Of a DNA stretch of 64,000 nt, positions 1 to 8,441 are shown one piece after another. The stretch comes from a virus. A program made the translations under genes and the position numbers. Position 1 is the stretch's first letter. Each line of letters starts with the position of its first letter. The notes beneath the pieces were generated by a model. That model worked only from the letters and a program-made list of their open reading frames with translations. It did not search any database and had not been told where the DNA came from. The DNA lies in the IMG/VR virus record IMGVR_UViG_3300037760_000114, positions 1-64,000 of that record. The stretch is one strand, 5' to 3'.

Positions 1-9
1 AAGCTGATC

Positions 10-234
10 GTGGCCGTGCACGAGGGCAACCAGGGGCCGGCCCGGTACCGCAAGGTGTACGTCCCCGCCGCTGCGATCGAGCGGCAGCTTCGGGCGACCG
101 GCCAGCACCCGGCGCAGCGTCAGCCGGTCATCCGGTGGGACTACTGCGGGGACTGCGGCAAGGTCCTCGGCTCCGGCCGCATCGGCCACCTGGACGGCAG
201 CGTCGTCCCCGGCCTCTGCTTCAACTGCGCCTGA
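10..234 (+). CDS. Zn-ribbon hypothetical protein, probably 5'-truncated by the window edge
   Basis: CGDC...CFNC cysteine pairs; frame open to the window start; followed by RBS of the next gene. Confidence 0.6.
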   Translation: MAVHEGNQGPARYRKVYVPAAAIERQLRATGQHPAQRQPVIRWDYCGDCGKVLGSGRIGHLDGSVVPGLCFNCA

Positions 235-246
235 AAGGAAGAGGGC

Positions 247-666
247 ATGAACATCAACCAGAGCCTCACCCTCGCCGAGGTCAATGCCGCGCTCGGCACT
301 CTCGCGAACTGGGAGCACGACGGCCGGGTCCTGGCGAGCATGGGCGACGACGGCCACCCCCGGCTGATCCTCGGGGTGGACCCGGCCGCCGACTACTCCC
401 TCCGGGAGGATCGCCGGGTCGCCGAGCAGGTTGCGGAGCGGCTGACAACGGCCGGCATGCGGGTGGACGCGGACGCGCTCGGCAACGGCCTGTCCGTCCG
501 GGTATCCCGCCGCCCCGGCCGCCCTGCGGAGGGTGTGGAGGTCACCGCGCGGCTACCGCAGCCATTGCTGCACCAGGTGCAGGCGTGGGCGGATCAGCGG
601 CAGGTCAGCCGCGCGGAGGCTGTCCGGCAGCTGGTGGCTCGCGGGCTGACCGTCAACGGAAGGTAG
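247..666 (+). CDS. Protein with C-terminal ribbon-helix-helix (CopG-like) DNA-binding domain
   Basis: RBS GGAAGAGG; C-terminus VEVTARLPQPLLHQVQAWADQRQVSRAEAVRQLVARGL fits RHH. Confidence 0.75.
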   Translation: MNINQSLTLAEVNAALGTLANWEHDGRVLASMGDDGHPRLILGVDPAADYSLREDRRVAEQVAERLTTAGMRVDADALGNGLSVRVSRRPGRPAEGVEVTARLPQPLLHQVQAWADQRQVSRAEAVRQLVARGLTVNGR

Positions 667-673
667 GTGCGGC

Positions 674-1357
674 ATGAACCAGATCATCCGAGACGACGCC
701 GCCGCGCGCGCGCGCCACGACACCGCACCGATCCATCGAGACAGCGGCGGGCAGCTGGTGTGCGCGGTGGACGGCCACTACATCGCGCTCCGCGACCCCA
801 TCGCGCCCACCACCGGGCCGTACCAGCCGGTGGGCGACGTGACCGCGCTGGACGTGTGGACGCTGGTGGACGGCGTGCCCCGTTGGGCGGGGCACGCCGA
901 ACAGATGGAGTGGGACGCGCCGGATGATCCGGCCGCGGACCCGGTGCCGGATGCCGCCTACGAGCTACACGGCCGGCTCACCGGCGCCGCGGCGATCCTG
1001 CGGGCGCTGCTGGAATTGGACCAGCAGCTCGACCACGACCCGACATCCACGGGCAACCCGGAGCTGTGGGCGGCCCGCAACGGGCTGGTGGTCCAGTTGG
1101 TGCGTGACGCCGCCGGGCAGCCGTGGCCGGCCGGCTACCAGTGGGACGCCAACGGCCAGGACGGCTACCGGTGGACGGCCTACGTGGACCTGCCGACCGG
1201 GCAGGTGTCCTGGCATCTGCCGGAGGACGGCGGTCGGGTGGGATGGGAGCTGGACAGCTACCACGCCCGCCGCTACACCCGGCCGTGGGACGGCCACAGC
1301 CGGGCCGACAAGGCGGCCCGCATCGCCGCCTACCTGAACACAGGAGGCAACACGTGA
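674..1357 (+). CDS. Phage protein with WDGH-motif domain
   Basis: AYVDLPTGQVSWHLP...PWDGHS motif typical of a widespread phage family. Confidence 0.7.
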   Translation: MNQIIRDDAAARARHDTAPIHRDSGGQLVCAVDGHYIALRDPIAPTTGPYQPVGDVTALDVWTLVDGVPRWAGHAEQMEWDAPDDPAADPVPDAAYELHGRLTGAAAILRALLELDQQLDHDPTSTGNPELWAARNGLVVQLVRDAAGQPWPAGYQWDANGQDGYRWTAYVDLPTGQVSWHLPEDGGRVGWELDSYHARRYTRPWDGHSRADKAARIAAYLNTGGNT

Positions 1358-1665
1358 TCGTCAACCTGACCCCCCACGCCATCACCATCGCTGGACGCAC
1401 GTTCCCCCCGGACGGGCGTATCCCGCGAGTCGCCGAGCAGGTCACCGACGCCGGGGCGGTCGACGGCATCCCCGTAGTCCAGATCAACCTCGGGGACGTC
1501 ACCGGGCTCCCCGAGCCACAGCCCGGCACCTGGTATGTGGTGTCGCGGATGACCGCCGAGGCCGCGCCCGGGCGGCACGACCTGCTCATCCCGGGCAAGC
1601 AGATCCGGAACGACCTAGGCCAGATCATCGGCGCCGAGTCGCTGGCCCGGCTACCGAAGCGCTGA
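1354..1665 (+). CDS. Conserved phage hypothetical protein (NLTPH family)
   Basis: GGAGG RBS, GTGA overlap with upstream stop; VIVNLTPHAITI...GLPEPQPGTWYVVS pattern. Confidence 0.75.
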   Translation: MIVNLTPHAITIAGRTFPPDGRIPRVAEQVTDAGAVDGIPVVQINLGDVTGLPEPQPGTWYVVSRMTAEAAPGRHDLLIPGKQIRNDLGQIIGAESLARLPKR

Positions 1666-1701
1666 CCCCCGGTCCGGGACTCTCCCCCCGGCCGGGGGTC
1701 A
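1663..1701. terminator. GC-rich hairpin between convergent genes (probable bidirectional terminator)
   Basis: TGACCCCCGG...CCGGGGGTCA inverted repeat joining two convergent stop codons. Confidence 0.65.
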
Positions 1702-1938
1702 GTTGTCTCCGGGCTCACCAGCGCGGCGGAGCCGTCGCCGCTCATCCAGCGCCGCACGCACATCCTGCGGATGACACCGCCGGTGCCCGCCGGGTGTCTC
1801 GGTGTACCGGATCTTGCCGCTGGCGAGCATGGCGTGCACCGTGGTCCGGCCGACCCGCAGCAGCACCGCCACCTCGCCAGGGCTCAGCTCATCCCCGGCG
1901 TTGAGGCGCCGCTCCAGCTCCTCCGGCTCGTCGACCAC
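1699..1938 (-). CDS. BldC/excisionase-like MerR-type HTH protein
   Basis: LSPGEVAVLLRVGRTTVHAMLASGKIRYTETPGGHRRC matches the BldC/HTH_17 pattern (TxGGHRR); GTG start with GGGAGA RBS. Confidence 0.85.
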   Translation of the reverse strand: MVDEPEELERRLNAGDELSPGEVAVLLRVGRTTVHAMLASGKIRYTETPGGHRRCHPQDVRAALDERRRLRRAGEPGDN

Positions 1939-1971
1939 ACCATCTCCCTGCCCGCTCGCGTGTTGCACGGA

Positions 1972-2056
1972 TCGTACCGGTCGTTCAGGCGGTTCGCGGC
2001 ATCACTCCCACGCTCGTTCATCGTGTTCCTGCTGTTCGGATCGTTCGGAATGTGCC
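1972..2056. promoter_or_regulatory. Array of 9-bp-phased GTTC direct repeats in a divergent promoter region
   Basis: GTTC at 1983, 1992, 2016, 2025, 2034, 2043 (plus GTAC 1974, GTGC 2052), 9-bp spacing within each block. Confidence 0.7.
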
Positions 2057-2068
2057 ACACTGGCCGAC

Positions 2069-3286
2069 GTGACTGACCCCCTGGACGCGGCCACCCCCCC
2101 AGCGGCTACCCCCGACCACCCCCAGCGGCCACCCCTCGTGTCTAGCCGCGTAGCCGACCGGCTCGCCGCAGCCGTCTACATCGCCGTAGCTGTCATCGCA
2201 CTGATCGGCCAGTCCCTGGCCGCCGTCCACTGGCTCGGCTGGCCGCTCGTCGCAGCCCTACCCGCTGTGGCCGGTGTCGAGCTAACCGCCGTCGCCCTGG
2301 CCGCCCGCGCCGACTACCGCCGCCGCAAAGGTGAAGCGGCCATAGCCGCCCGGCTGCTGTCCGCCACCGTGGCCGCGTTCATGACCACGGTCAACTTCGT
2401 CGGCCACTGGTCGCTGGGTCAGCAGGTGGCCGCCTGGTTCTTCGCCGGGGCCACCGCCCTCGGCTACCTGGTGTGGCTGCTCAACAGTGCCGACCGGCGC
2501 CGGGACCAGATGCTCGCCGAGGGGAAGGTGCGGCTAGCCGCACCCGACTACGGCGTGTGGCAGTGGGTGATGCGTCCACGGGTGACCGCCCACGCGCGGC
2601 AGCTGGCGCTACGCGATCCGGAGCTGGGCCTGTACGGCTCCCTGGACGCTGCCGTGGCCGAGTTGCAGCGTGAGCGGCGCAACCGTGCGGTGGCCCGCGC
2701 CCTGCGGCGGCTGGCCCGGGGTAACGCAGGCCGCTCCGATGCGCGGCTAGCCCAGCAGGTGTACGACATGGACGCCGCCGCCGCGATCTTGATGGGCCAG
2801 GCGGACATGGACGGCCTGGCCGCGTTGCTGGCCGAGCGGCTGGCCCCCGAGGTGCTGGCCGGCCACCGCCCGCCGCCCACCCCGACACCGAGGCCGAAGG
2901 TCATCGACGGCGAGGTAGCCGAGCCGTCGGCGCCGACCACCCCCGATGTTGCCGAGCCGGCCACCGAACGCGGCCACGACGCGCAGGTGGTCCAGCTGCG
3001 GCCAGCGGCCACCCGGCCACGCCGTACACCGGCTACCCGCCGACCGTCGACCGCGGCCACCCCGCCGGTGGACGAACTAGTGGACGCCTTGTGCCGCGTC
3101 CACTGCCAGGAGCGGCCAGAGCCGGTGGGCGCCCCGAAGGCGATGCGGACGCTGAAGCGGCTATACGGCTCCTGCTCGACTGGCCGCGCTCGTGCGGCGA
3201 AGAACGGCCACAACGTGCGGCACGGGTTCGCAGATGGCGGCCAGGTGGACGCAGGCGACGACGACCAGGAGGGGGAAGCGGCGTGA
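2069..3286 (+). CDS. Multi-TM membrane protein, DUF2637/SpdB-like transfer-accessory protein of actinomycete elements
   Basis: Four N-terminal hydrophobic segments, Pro/Thr-rich linker, small C-terminal domain; directly upstream of an FtsK-like gene. Confidence 0.6.
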   Translation: MTDPLDAATPPAATPDHPQRPPLVSSRVADRLAAAVYIAVAVIALIGQSLAAVHWLGWPLVAALPAVAGVELTAVALAARADYRRRKGEAAIAARLLSATVAAFMTTVNFVGHWSLGQQVAAWFFAGATALGYLVWLLNSADRRRDQMLAEGKVRLAAPDYGVWQWVMRPRVTAHARQLALRDPELGLYGSLDAAVAELQRERRNRAVARALRRLARGNAGRSDARLAQQVYDMDAAAAILMGQADMDGLAALLAERLAPEVLAGHRPPPTPTPRPKVIDGEVAEPSAPTTPDVAEPATERGHDAQVVQLRPAATRPRRTPATRRPSTAATPPVDELVDALCRVHCQERPEPVGAPKAMRTLKRLYGSCSTGRARAAKNGHNVRHGFADGGQVDAGDDDQEGEAA

Positions 3287-4755
3287 GGCGGGCACTGGGG
3301 TGGCTCGGTTTGCCGACCCGGCCGGGCAAGCCACGTACGGCACAGCCTGCGCGGGCGGGCGGGCGGCTGCGCAGGGCTGGCCGCTGGCTTGCGGTGCGGG
3401 GGTTGGCGTCTGCGGCGTTCCGGCCTGGCCGGTGGGGTGTGGGGGTGGCGGTGGTGATGCTCGCGGCGCCTGGCCCGTGGTGGCTCGCATCGATAGGCGT
3501 GATGCCAAAGGTGATCTCGGGATTGTTGATCTTGGCTAGTCGCCAGAGACTCAACAATTTGATCCTATCCGACGTGTCAAGTCGGGTGCATTCACTCCGG
3601 CTCCGGCAGCGGCTTCTACGTGACTGGACCGGCGTCATGGGCCAGCTTGGACTCAGCCGCGAAACCCGCGACGGGCACAAGCAGGTACTCGGGCACGGGC
3701 CGATCCGACTCACCGACCACGGCATCACCACCACCGTCGACCTCTCCCCCCTCGGGCTGACCATCCGGAAACACCTCCGACCCCAGCGGGAGGCGATGGA
3801 GTCCAGTTTCAGGGTCCAGCAGGTGCAGATCACCCGGCGCGCGGTCCCGGGGTTGGCGCAGGTCGACATGCGGCACACAGACCCGCTGGAGAAGCCGGTC
3901 GCTGTCGACCGATTGCCGGCGGCCCACTCCCGCACCGGCGTGGTGACATCTGTCGATGAATCGGGCCGGGGGGTGGAGCTGGACACTGCGCTGTCGCATC
4001 TAGTCATCGGCGCGCCGGGGGCCGGTAAGTCGACTGTCGCCTGGGCGCTGCTGTGGGTGTTGAAGTGGGCCGGTGTGCCCGTACGGGTACGTATGTTCGA
4101 CCCCAAGAAGCAGGAGTTCGCCGCGCTCCGCGATGCCGCCTACGCCTACGAGTCCAGCTTGGCCCGCTGGCCGGCCATGCTCGGCCACGCCGTGTCCGCG
4201 TTGCAGGCCCGCCAGGGCGTACTGGCCAAGCGGGGCTGGCAGAAGTTGACCGGCTACAGCGACGAGAACCCGCTCGACCTGCTGATCGTCGACGAGCTGC
4301 TGGCGGTCACGAAGGTCCGCAGCGCGGAGGTGACGGTAGGGCGGGTCACGATGCGGGCCGACGACGCCCTGGAGTTGCTGGCGTCGCAGGGCCGCGCGGC
4401 CGGGTTCACCGTGCTCGGCCTGGCGCAGCTGGCGCAGAAGGATGTCCTCGGCCAGGTGCGGGACCTGTTCGGCTACGCGACATGTCTGCGGGTTCCGCCG
4501 CAGGCACACGAGATGGTCAACGTGGTCCTGGGCGACGGGGCAGCGGAGCACTACCCGGCGCACGAGATCCAGGCTGGGCCACGTACGGCCGGCATGGGCT
4601 ACACCCGCACCGAGTCAGGGCTGATCGTGCGCACCCGCGGCGCGGTGCTTACGGCCCAGCAGCAGCAGCAGGTAGTGGCGCAGATCGCGGCGGACACGGC
4701 CCGGTGGGCAGCGGTCAAGCAGGAGCGGCGGGAGAGGGCGGGGGCGGCGGCATGA
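3283..4755 (+). CDS. FtsK/SpoIIIE-family ATPase (TraB-like DNA translocase)
   Basis: Walker A GAPGAGKS, FDPKKQE, Walker B LLIVDE, GRAAG motif; N-terminal hydrophobic segment. Confidence 0.88.
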   Translation: MRRALGWLGLPTRPGKPRTAQPARAGGRLRRAGRWLAVRGLASAAFRPGRWGVGVAVVMLAAPGPWWLASIGVMPKVISGLLILASRQRLNNLILSDVSSRVHSLRLRQRLLRDWTGVMGQLGLSRETRDGHKQVLGHGPIRLTDHGITTTVDLSPLGLTIRKHLRPQREAMESSFRVQQVQITRRAVPGLAQVDMRHTDPLEKPVAVDRLPAAHSRTGVVTSVDESGRGVELDTALSHLVIGAPGAGKSTVAWALLWVLKWAGVPVRVRMFDPKKQEFAALRDAAYAYESSLARWPAMLGHAVSALQARQGVLAKRGWQKLTGYSDENPLDLLIVDELLAVTKVRSAEVTVGRVTMRADDALELLASQGRAAGFTVLGLAQLAQKDVLGQVRDLFGYATCLRVPPQAHEMVNVVLGDGAAEHYPAHEIQAGPRTAGMGYTRTESGLIVRTRGAVLTAQQQQQVVAQIAADTARWAAVKQERRERAGAAA

Positions 4756-5594
4756 GCGAGTCGGCAGAGCAGGTCGAGGATGTGCGGCCACGGGTGCCAG
4801 CACTAGCGGGGGTGGGCGACGTGGATCTTGCCCCGCTGGGTGCGCTTACGCGGGCCGAGGTGAAGGAGCTGGTGCTGGACGACACCGGTCGAGTTGAGCT
4901 GGCTGGGGAATGCTGGGTCGGCACCGGTTCGCGTCACGTCACTGCGTGGGTCGTGTTCACCCGGCATCGGCTTACGTGCCCTGCCGGTGTGGAGCCGAGG
5001 CTTTGCGGGTGCGGGATCCAGCCCGACCAGTTCCACGCCTACCTCGCCGAACCTGACACGGACGGCGCCATGCCGGTACGGCCGGACGAGCCGCTTCCCC
5101 CACGACAGTGCGTGGACTGCCCGCCGAAAAGGGCTAAGCCCATCTCGAAGCGGGGACGATGTGTGACGCACTACCGCCAGTGGAACAAGCGGCGGTCCAC
5201 GAGGCAGTACGAGCGCGCCGTCACGAAGTACGGAATCACCATCGATGACTATCACCGAATCCACGAGGCGCAGGGTGGCCGGTGCGCGATCTGCCGTATC
5301 GCCACCGGTGCCGCGCGGCGGCTATCGGTCGACCATGATCACGGGTCGGGTGAGGTTCGAGGCTTGCTCTGCCAGCCGTGCAACTACTACCTGGCCCGGA
5401 TCAAGAATGATCCTGAGGCTTTCGCCCGCGGACTGGTGTATCTGATCGACCCACCGGCGCGTGCTGTCCTGCCTCCGAACCCGGAGGTAGACGGGCCGCC
5501 GCTGTCGGATGAGGAACGCGGCCGGGCTGCGGCTCGGGTTGCCGAGCAGATTGGGCGCCAGGCTCGGGGCAACGGTCCGGGGGCGAGCGCATGA
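4752..5594 (+). CDS. Endonuclease VII (His-Me finger) domain protein
   Basis: KYGITIDDY...QGGRCAIC...LSVDHDH...VRGLLCQPCN. Confidence 0.9.
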   Translation: MSESAEQVEDVRPRVPALAGVGDVDLAPLGALTRAEVKELVLDDTGRVELAGECWVGTGSRHVTAWVVFTRHRLTCPAGVEPRLCGCGIQPDQFHAYLAEPDTDGAMPVRPDEPLPPRQCVDCPPKRAKPISKRGRCVTHYRQWNKRRSTRQYERAVTKYGITIDDYHRIHEAQGGRCAICRIATGAARRLSVDHDHGSGEVRGLLCQPCNYYLARIKNDPEAFARGLVYLIDPPARAVLPPNPEVDGPPLSDEERGRAAARVAEQIGRQARGNGPGASA

Positions 5595-6040
5595 GTCGGC
5601 AGCGGATCGTCGGCACCGAGCAGCAGGTGCGGCACACCCTGACTGTGCTGGCCCGAGCCGGCCGGGTGCGGTGGATGTCCCCACCCCGGCAGACCGGCGG
5701 GGGGCGGCTGGTGGTGGAGGTGCTGCTCGCGGACCCGACCCGGGTGTTGACCGCGGCGCCGCCGCGTGCCCGGTGGCCGGAGTGGCTGCCCCGGGTCGAC
5801 GGGGCCTGGACCGGCGTGGCGCTGGTGGGGCTCGCCGTGGTGGCCGGAGTGGGGTGGCTGCTGTGGCAGGCCGTCACCTCCACCGCCCGATGGGCCACCG
5901 ACAACGCCGGGGGGCTGATCCTGCTCGGCTGCGCTGCCGCGTTCGCCGGGTTGTGGTGGGTGACCCGCCGCTTCCGGCGTACGGGCTGCGCGGGGGTGGC
6001 GCACTGCAACGGATGCACACACCACAGAGAGAGGGGGTGA
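5591..6040 (+). CDS. Membrane protein (2 TM), spread-protein-like
   Basis: ATGA overlap; two hydrophobic helices; C-terminal CxGxxHCxGC. Confidence 0.65.
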   Translation: MSRQRIVGTEQQVRHTLTVLARAGRVRWMSPPRQTGGGRLVVEVLLADPTRVLTAAPPRARWPEWLPRVDGAWTGVALVGLAVVAGVGWLLWQAVTSTARWATDNAGGLILLGCAAAFAGLWWVTRRFRRTGCAGVAHCNGCTHHRERG

Positions 6041-6210
6041 TGGCATTGAAGCTCATGAGGTTCTTAGCTGTGTGGGCGCTGTGTTCGGTCGGCATCTACG
6101 CCACGATTTCGGCGCGGGTCGGGATCAAGCCAGAGGACACGCTGGTGATGGCCGTCGGGTCGGCCGCGTTCGCGTTGCTGCCGTCGATCGGCATCGCAAG
6201 CAAGCTCTAG
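6040..6210 (+). CDS. Small membrane protein
   Basis: Starts at the upstream stop; two hydrophobic segments MALKLMRFLAVWAL... Confidence 0.5.
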   Translation: MALKLMRFLAVWALCSVGIYATISARVGIKPEDTLVMAVGSAAFALLPSIGIASKL

Positions 6211-6372
6211 CGGAAGGTTGTAGCGGGTGGATTGTGGCTGGCTGGTGTTGATGATGTGGGGCCTGTCCGTCGGCGGCACGGCGGTGATGGTGGCGGTGGC
6301 GGCGTTCGCGTGGGCGGTGCTGCGGCGCCAGCACCGGGACCGCACCCAGGCACCGGACGACGGGGGGCAGCG

Positions 6373-6540
6373 GTGAAGACGCTGGCCGGCCTGACCCTGG
6401 CCGGGGTGGCGGTGGTGGTCGTGCTGGCGGCCAAGGGCAGCGTGTGGGCGCAGGGGATGCTACCCAGCAGCATCATCGCGGCGATCGTGGCCGTGGGGCT
6501 GATCGCGTTCGTGCGCGCTGTGGAGAAGCGCAGCCGGTGA
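6373..6540 (+). CDS. Small membrane protein
   Basis: VKTLAGLTLAGVAVVVVLAA...IIAAIVAVGLIAFV. Confidence 0.5.
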   Translation: MKTLAGLTLAGVAVVVVLAAKGSVWAQGMLPSSIIAAIVAVGLIAFVRAVEKRSR

Positions 6541-6731
6541 ACTTCACCCCGGTCCGCCCTCGTACGGCTCGCAGGACCCGGCTGCGGGTGTGGGCCGGGG
6601 TGCTGCTGTGGCTTGCCGGCACCATCGGATGTGCGGTGTGGTGGGGGTGGTCCACCGTGTGGTGGCACGGGCTTGTGGTGGCCCCCGCCTACGGGACGCT
6701 GCTCGCCGCTGCGCTGGTGCGCCGGAGTTAG
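6537..6731 (+). CDS. Small membrane protein
   Basis: GTGA overlap; Trp-rich hydrophobic segments. Confidence 0.5.
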   Translation: MNFTPVRPRTARRTRLRVWAGVLLWLAGTIGCAVWWGWSTVWWHGLVVAPAYGTLLAAALVRRS

Positions 6732-6732
6732 G

Positions 6733-6775
6733 TGCAACCCATGACTTGACAACGCAAGCCATGGGTTGCATAATA
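6733..6775 (+). promoter_or_regulatory. Housekeeping-sigma promoter embedded in an inverted-repeat operator; probably leaderless
   Basis: TTGACA (6746-6751), 17 bp, CATAAT (6769-6774), ATG at 6781; 11-bp perfect IR TGCAACCCATG/CATGGGTTGCA (6733-6743/6760-6770). Confidence 0.85.
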
Positions 6776-6780
6776 GAGGC

Positions 6781-7224
6781 ATGACACAGACCATCACCCG
6801 GGTCGGCAGCGCCAGCGTCGCGGCAGCGATCGCCGAGTACCACCACGGCACGGCTGACTGGCTGCCGGGCGGCGTCGACCACCTCGCCACCGGCTCGCAG
6901 CGGACCGTCTACGTCGACTACGACGCCGAGATCGTCTACAAGCTGGGCATCGACGGCGCCAACCGGCAAGAGGTCTCGACCCTCTCGGCGCTACGCGCAA
7001 GCGGTGTCGGTCACGCACCGGCCGCCGACCTGCACGAAGTGACCGTCGCAGACCTGGACGGCGACACCATCACCGCCACGGTGGTTGCGATGCCGTACCT
7101 GCCTGACGACGGCAGCGTCACTGGCCCGTACCCGATCCTGGACGGTGCCGCTGACCTCAACCCGGCCGGCAACGTGGTCGCTAACGGTGGCCAGCTGTGG
7201 CTGATCGACGCGGGTGGCCTGTGA
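6781..7224 (+). CDS. Minimal protein-kinase-like fold protein (147 aa)
   Basis: G-loop-like LATGSQRTVY, IVYK lysine, helix-C-like E (NRQE), catalytic-loop-like DLNPAGNV, DFG-like LWLIDAG. Confidence 0.65.
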   Translation: MTQTITRVGSASVAAAIAEYHHGTADWLPGGVDHLATGSQRTVYVDYDAEIVYKLGIDGANRQEVSTLSALRASGVGHAPAADLHEVTVADLDGDTITATVVAMPYLPDDGSVTGPYPILDGAADLNPAGNVVANGGQLWLIDAGGL

Positions 7225-8087
7225 GCACGCCCCCGCATCTCGACCCGGCAGTACGCCACGACGTGGTGATCATGTTCGACGCCACCGACTGCAACCCCAA
7301 CGGCGACCCGGACCAGAACAACCAGCCCCGCACCGATGACGAGTCCGGCCACGGGCTGGTCACCGATGTGGCGATCAAGCGGAAGGTCCGCGACACGGTG
7401 GCGCTGCTGCACGGCGACGACCGCCGGTACGGCATCTTCGTGGAGGCCGGGCACGCGCTGAACACCCGTTGGGCCGACGCTCGCGAGAACACCCCCGGTG
7501 CCGCCGACCCGCTGGCCACGCTGTGTGGCATGTACTGGGACGTGCGGATGTTCGGGCAGGTCCTGACCGGCGGCAAGGGTGGACAGTCCTCCTCGGTCCG
7601 GGGTCCGGTACAGCTCACCTTCGGCCGCAGCATCGACCCAGTGCTGCCCACCGACCACACCATCACCCGGGTCACCCAGACCCGGCAGGAAGACATCGAC
7701 AAGGGCGAGAGCACCGAGATCGGCTCGAAGTGGACCGTGCCGTACGGGCTGTACCGCACCCACCTGTACTACTCGCCGGGGCGTGCCGCCAAGACCGGGA
7801 TCACCAGCGACGACCTCGACACGCTGTGGCGGGCGATCGCGGCCATGTTCGAGCACGACCGGTCCAGCAACCGTGGCGGAATGGACATCGCCGGACTGTG
7901 GGTGTTCAGCCACCCGGACGCGCTCGGCGTGGCGCCGTCACGGGCGGTCCTGCGCCGCATCCAGGTCACGGCCGCCGATCCGGGCCGGGCGCCACGCGGC
8001 TACGCCGACTACCGCCGGCAGATCGACCGCGCCGGCATGCCCGCCGGCATCGAGCTGGCCACCATCGTCGACATCTGGGAGGACTGA
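7221..8087 (+). CDS. cas7: Solitary type I-C CRISPR backbone protein Cas7/Csd2 (288 aa)
   Basis: NPNGDP...NQPR...GLVTDVAIKRKVRD, WDVRMFGQV, VRGPVQLTF..SIDP, ITR, KWTVPYGLY, AAKTGIT..DL, MFEHDRS, H...LG: end-to-end Csd2 signature. Confidence 0.95.
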   Translation: MSTPPHLDPAVRHDVVIMFDATDCNPNGDPDQNNQPRTDDESGHGLVTDVAIKRKVRDTVALLHGDDRRYGIFVEAGHALNTRWADARENTPGAADPLATLCGMYWDVRMFGQVLTGGKGGQSSSVRGPVQLTFGRSIDPVLPTDHTITRVTQTRQEDIDKGESTEIGSKWTVPYGLYRTHLYYSPGRAAKTGITSDDLDTLWRAIAAMFEHDRSSNRGGMDIAGLWVFSHPDALGVAPSRAVLRRIQVTAADPGRAPRGYADYRRQIDRAGMPAGIELATIVDIWED

Positions 8088-8092
8088 GAACC

Positions 8093-8371
8093 GTGAGCAC
8101 CATCGGATACGAGATCGAGCGGCACGAGGTGGAGGCGCTGCGGGACAACCTGCTGGGCGATCTACTCGCCGAGCAGGATGACCTGATCGCCTACCAGCGG
8201 CTGACCCGGGAGCAGGCGCTGTGCGACGCGCTCGTGTCGGAGATCAAACGGCTACGCGGCGAGCGGCTGCGGCGGCTGGCTGAGGGGCGGACCGCCGAGC
8301 AGGTGGCCGACCTGACGGGGCTGGGGACGCGGCAGCGGGTGCAGCAACTGATGGCCGTCGGGCTATCCTGA
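8093..8371 (+). CDS. Small HTH protein (Aca-like regulator candidate)
   Basis: GGAGG RBS; C-terminal GRTAEQVADLTGLGTRQRVQQLM helix-turn-helix. Confidence 0.75.
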   Translation: MSTIGYEIERHEVEALRDNLLGDLLAEQDDLIAYQRLTREQALCDALVSEIKRLRGERLRRLAEGRTAEQVADLTGLGTRQRVQQLMAVGLS

Positions 8372-8441
8372 CCGGTATCGGCGGACGGCCGGGGTAGTGG
8401 CCCGGCTGTTCCGCCGCCCAGCCACTACCTGGGAGCATCCG

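Noticed and set aside
7221-8440. Complete CRISPR-Cas locus or array adjacent to cas7
   Set aside because: Flanking ORFs have no Cas motifs; the hairpin at 8393-8429 lacks a repeat-like handle or a second copy
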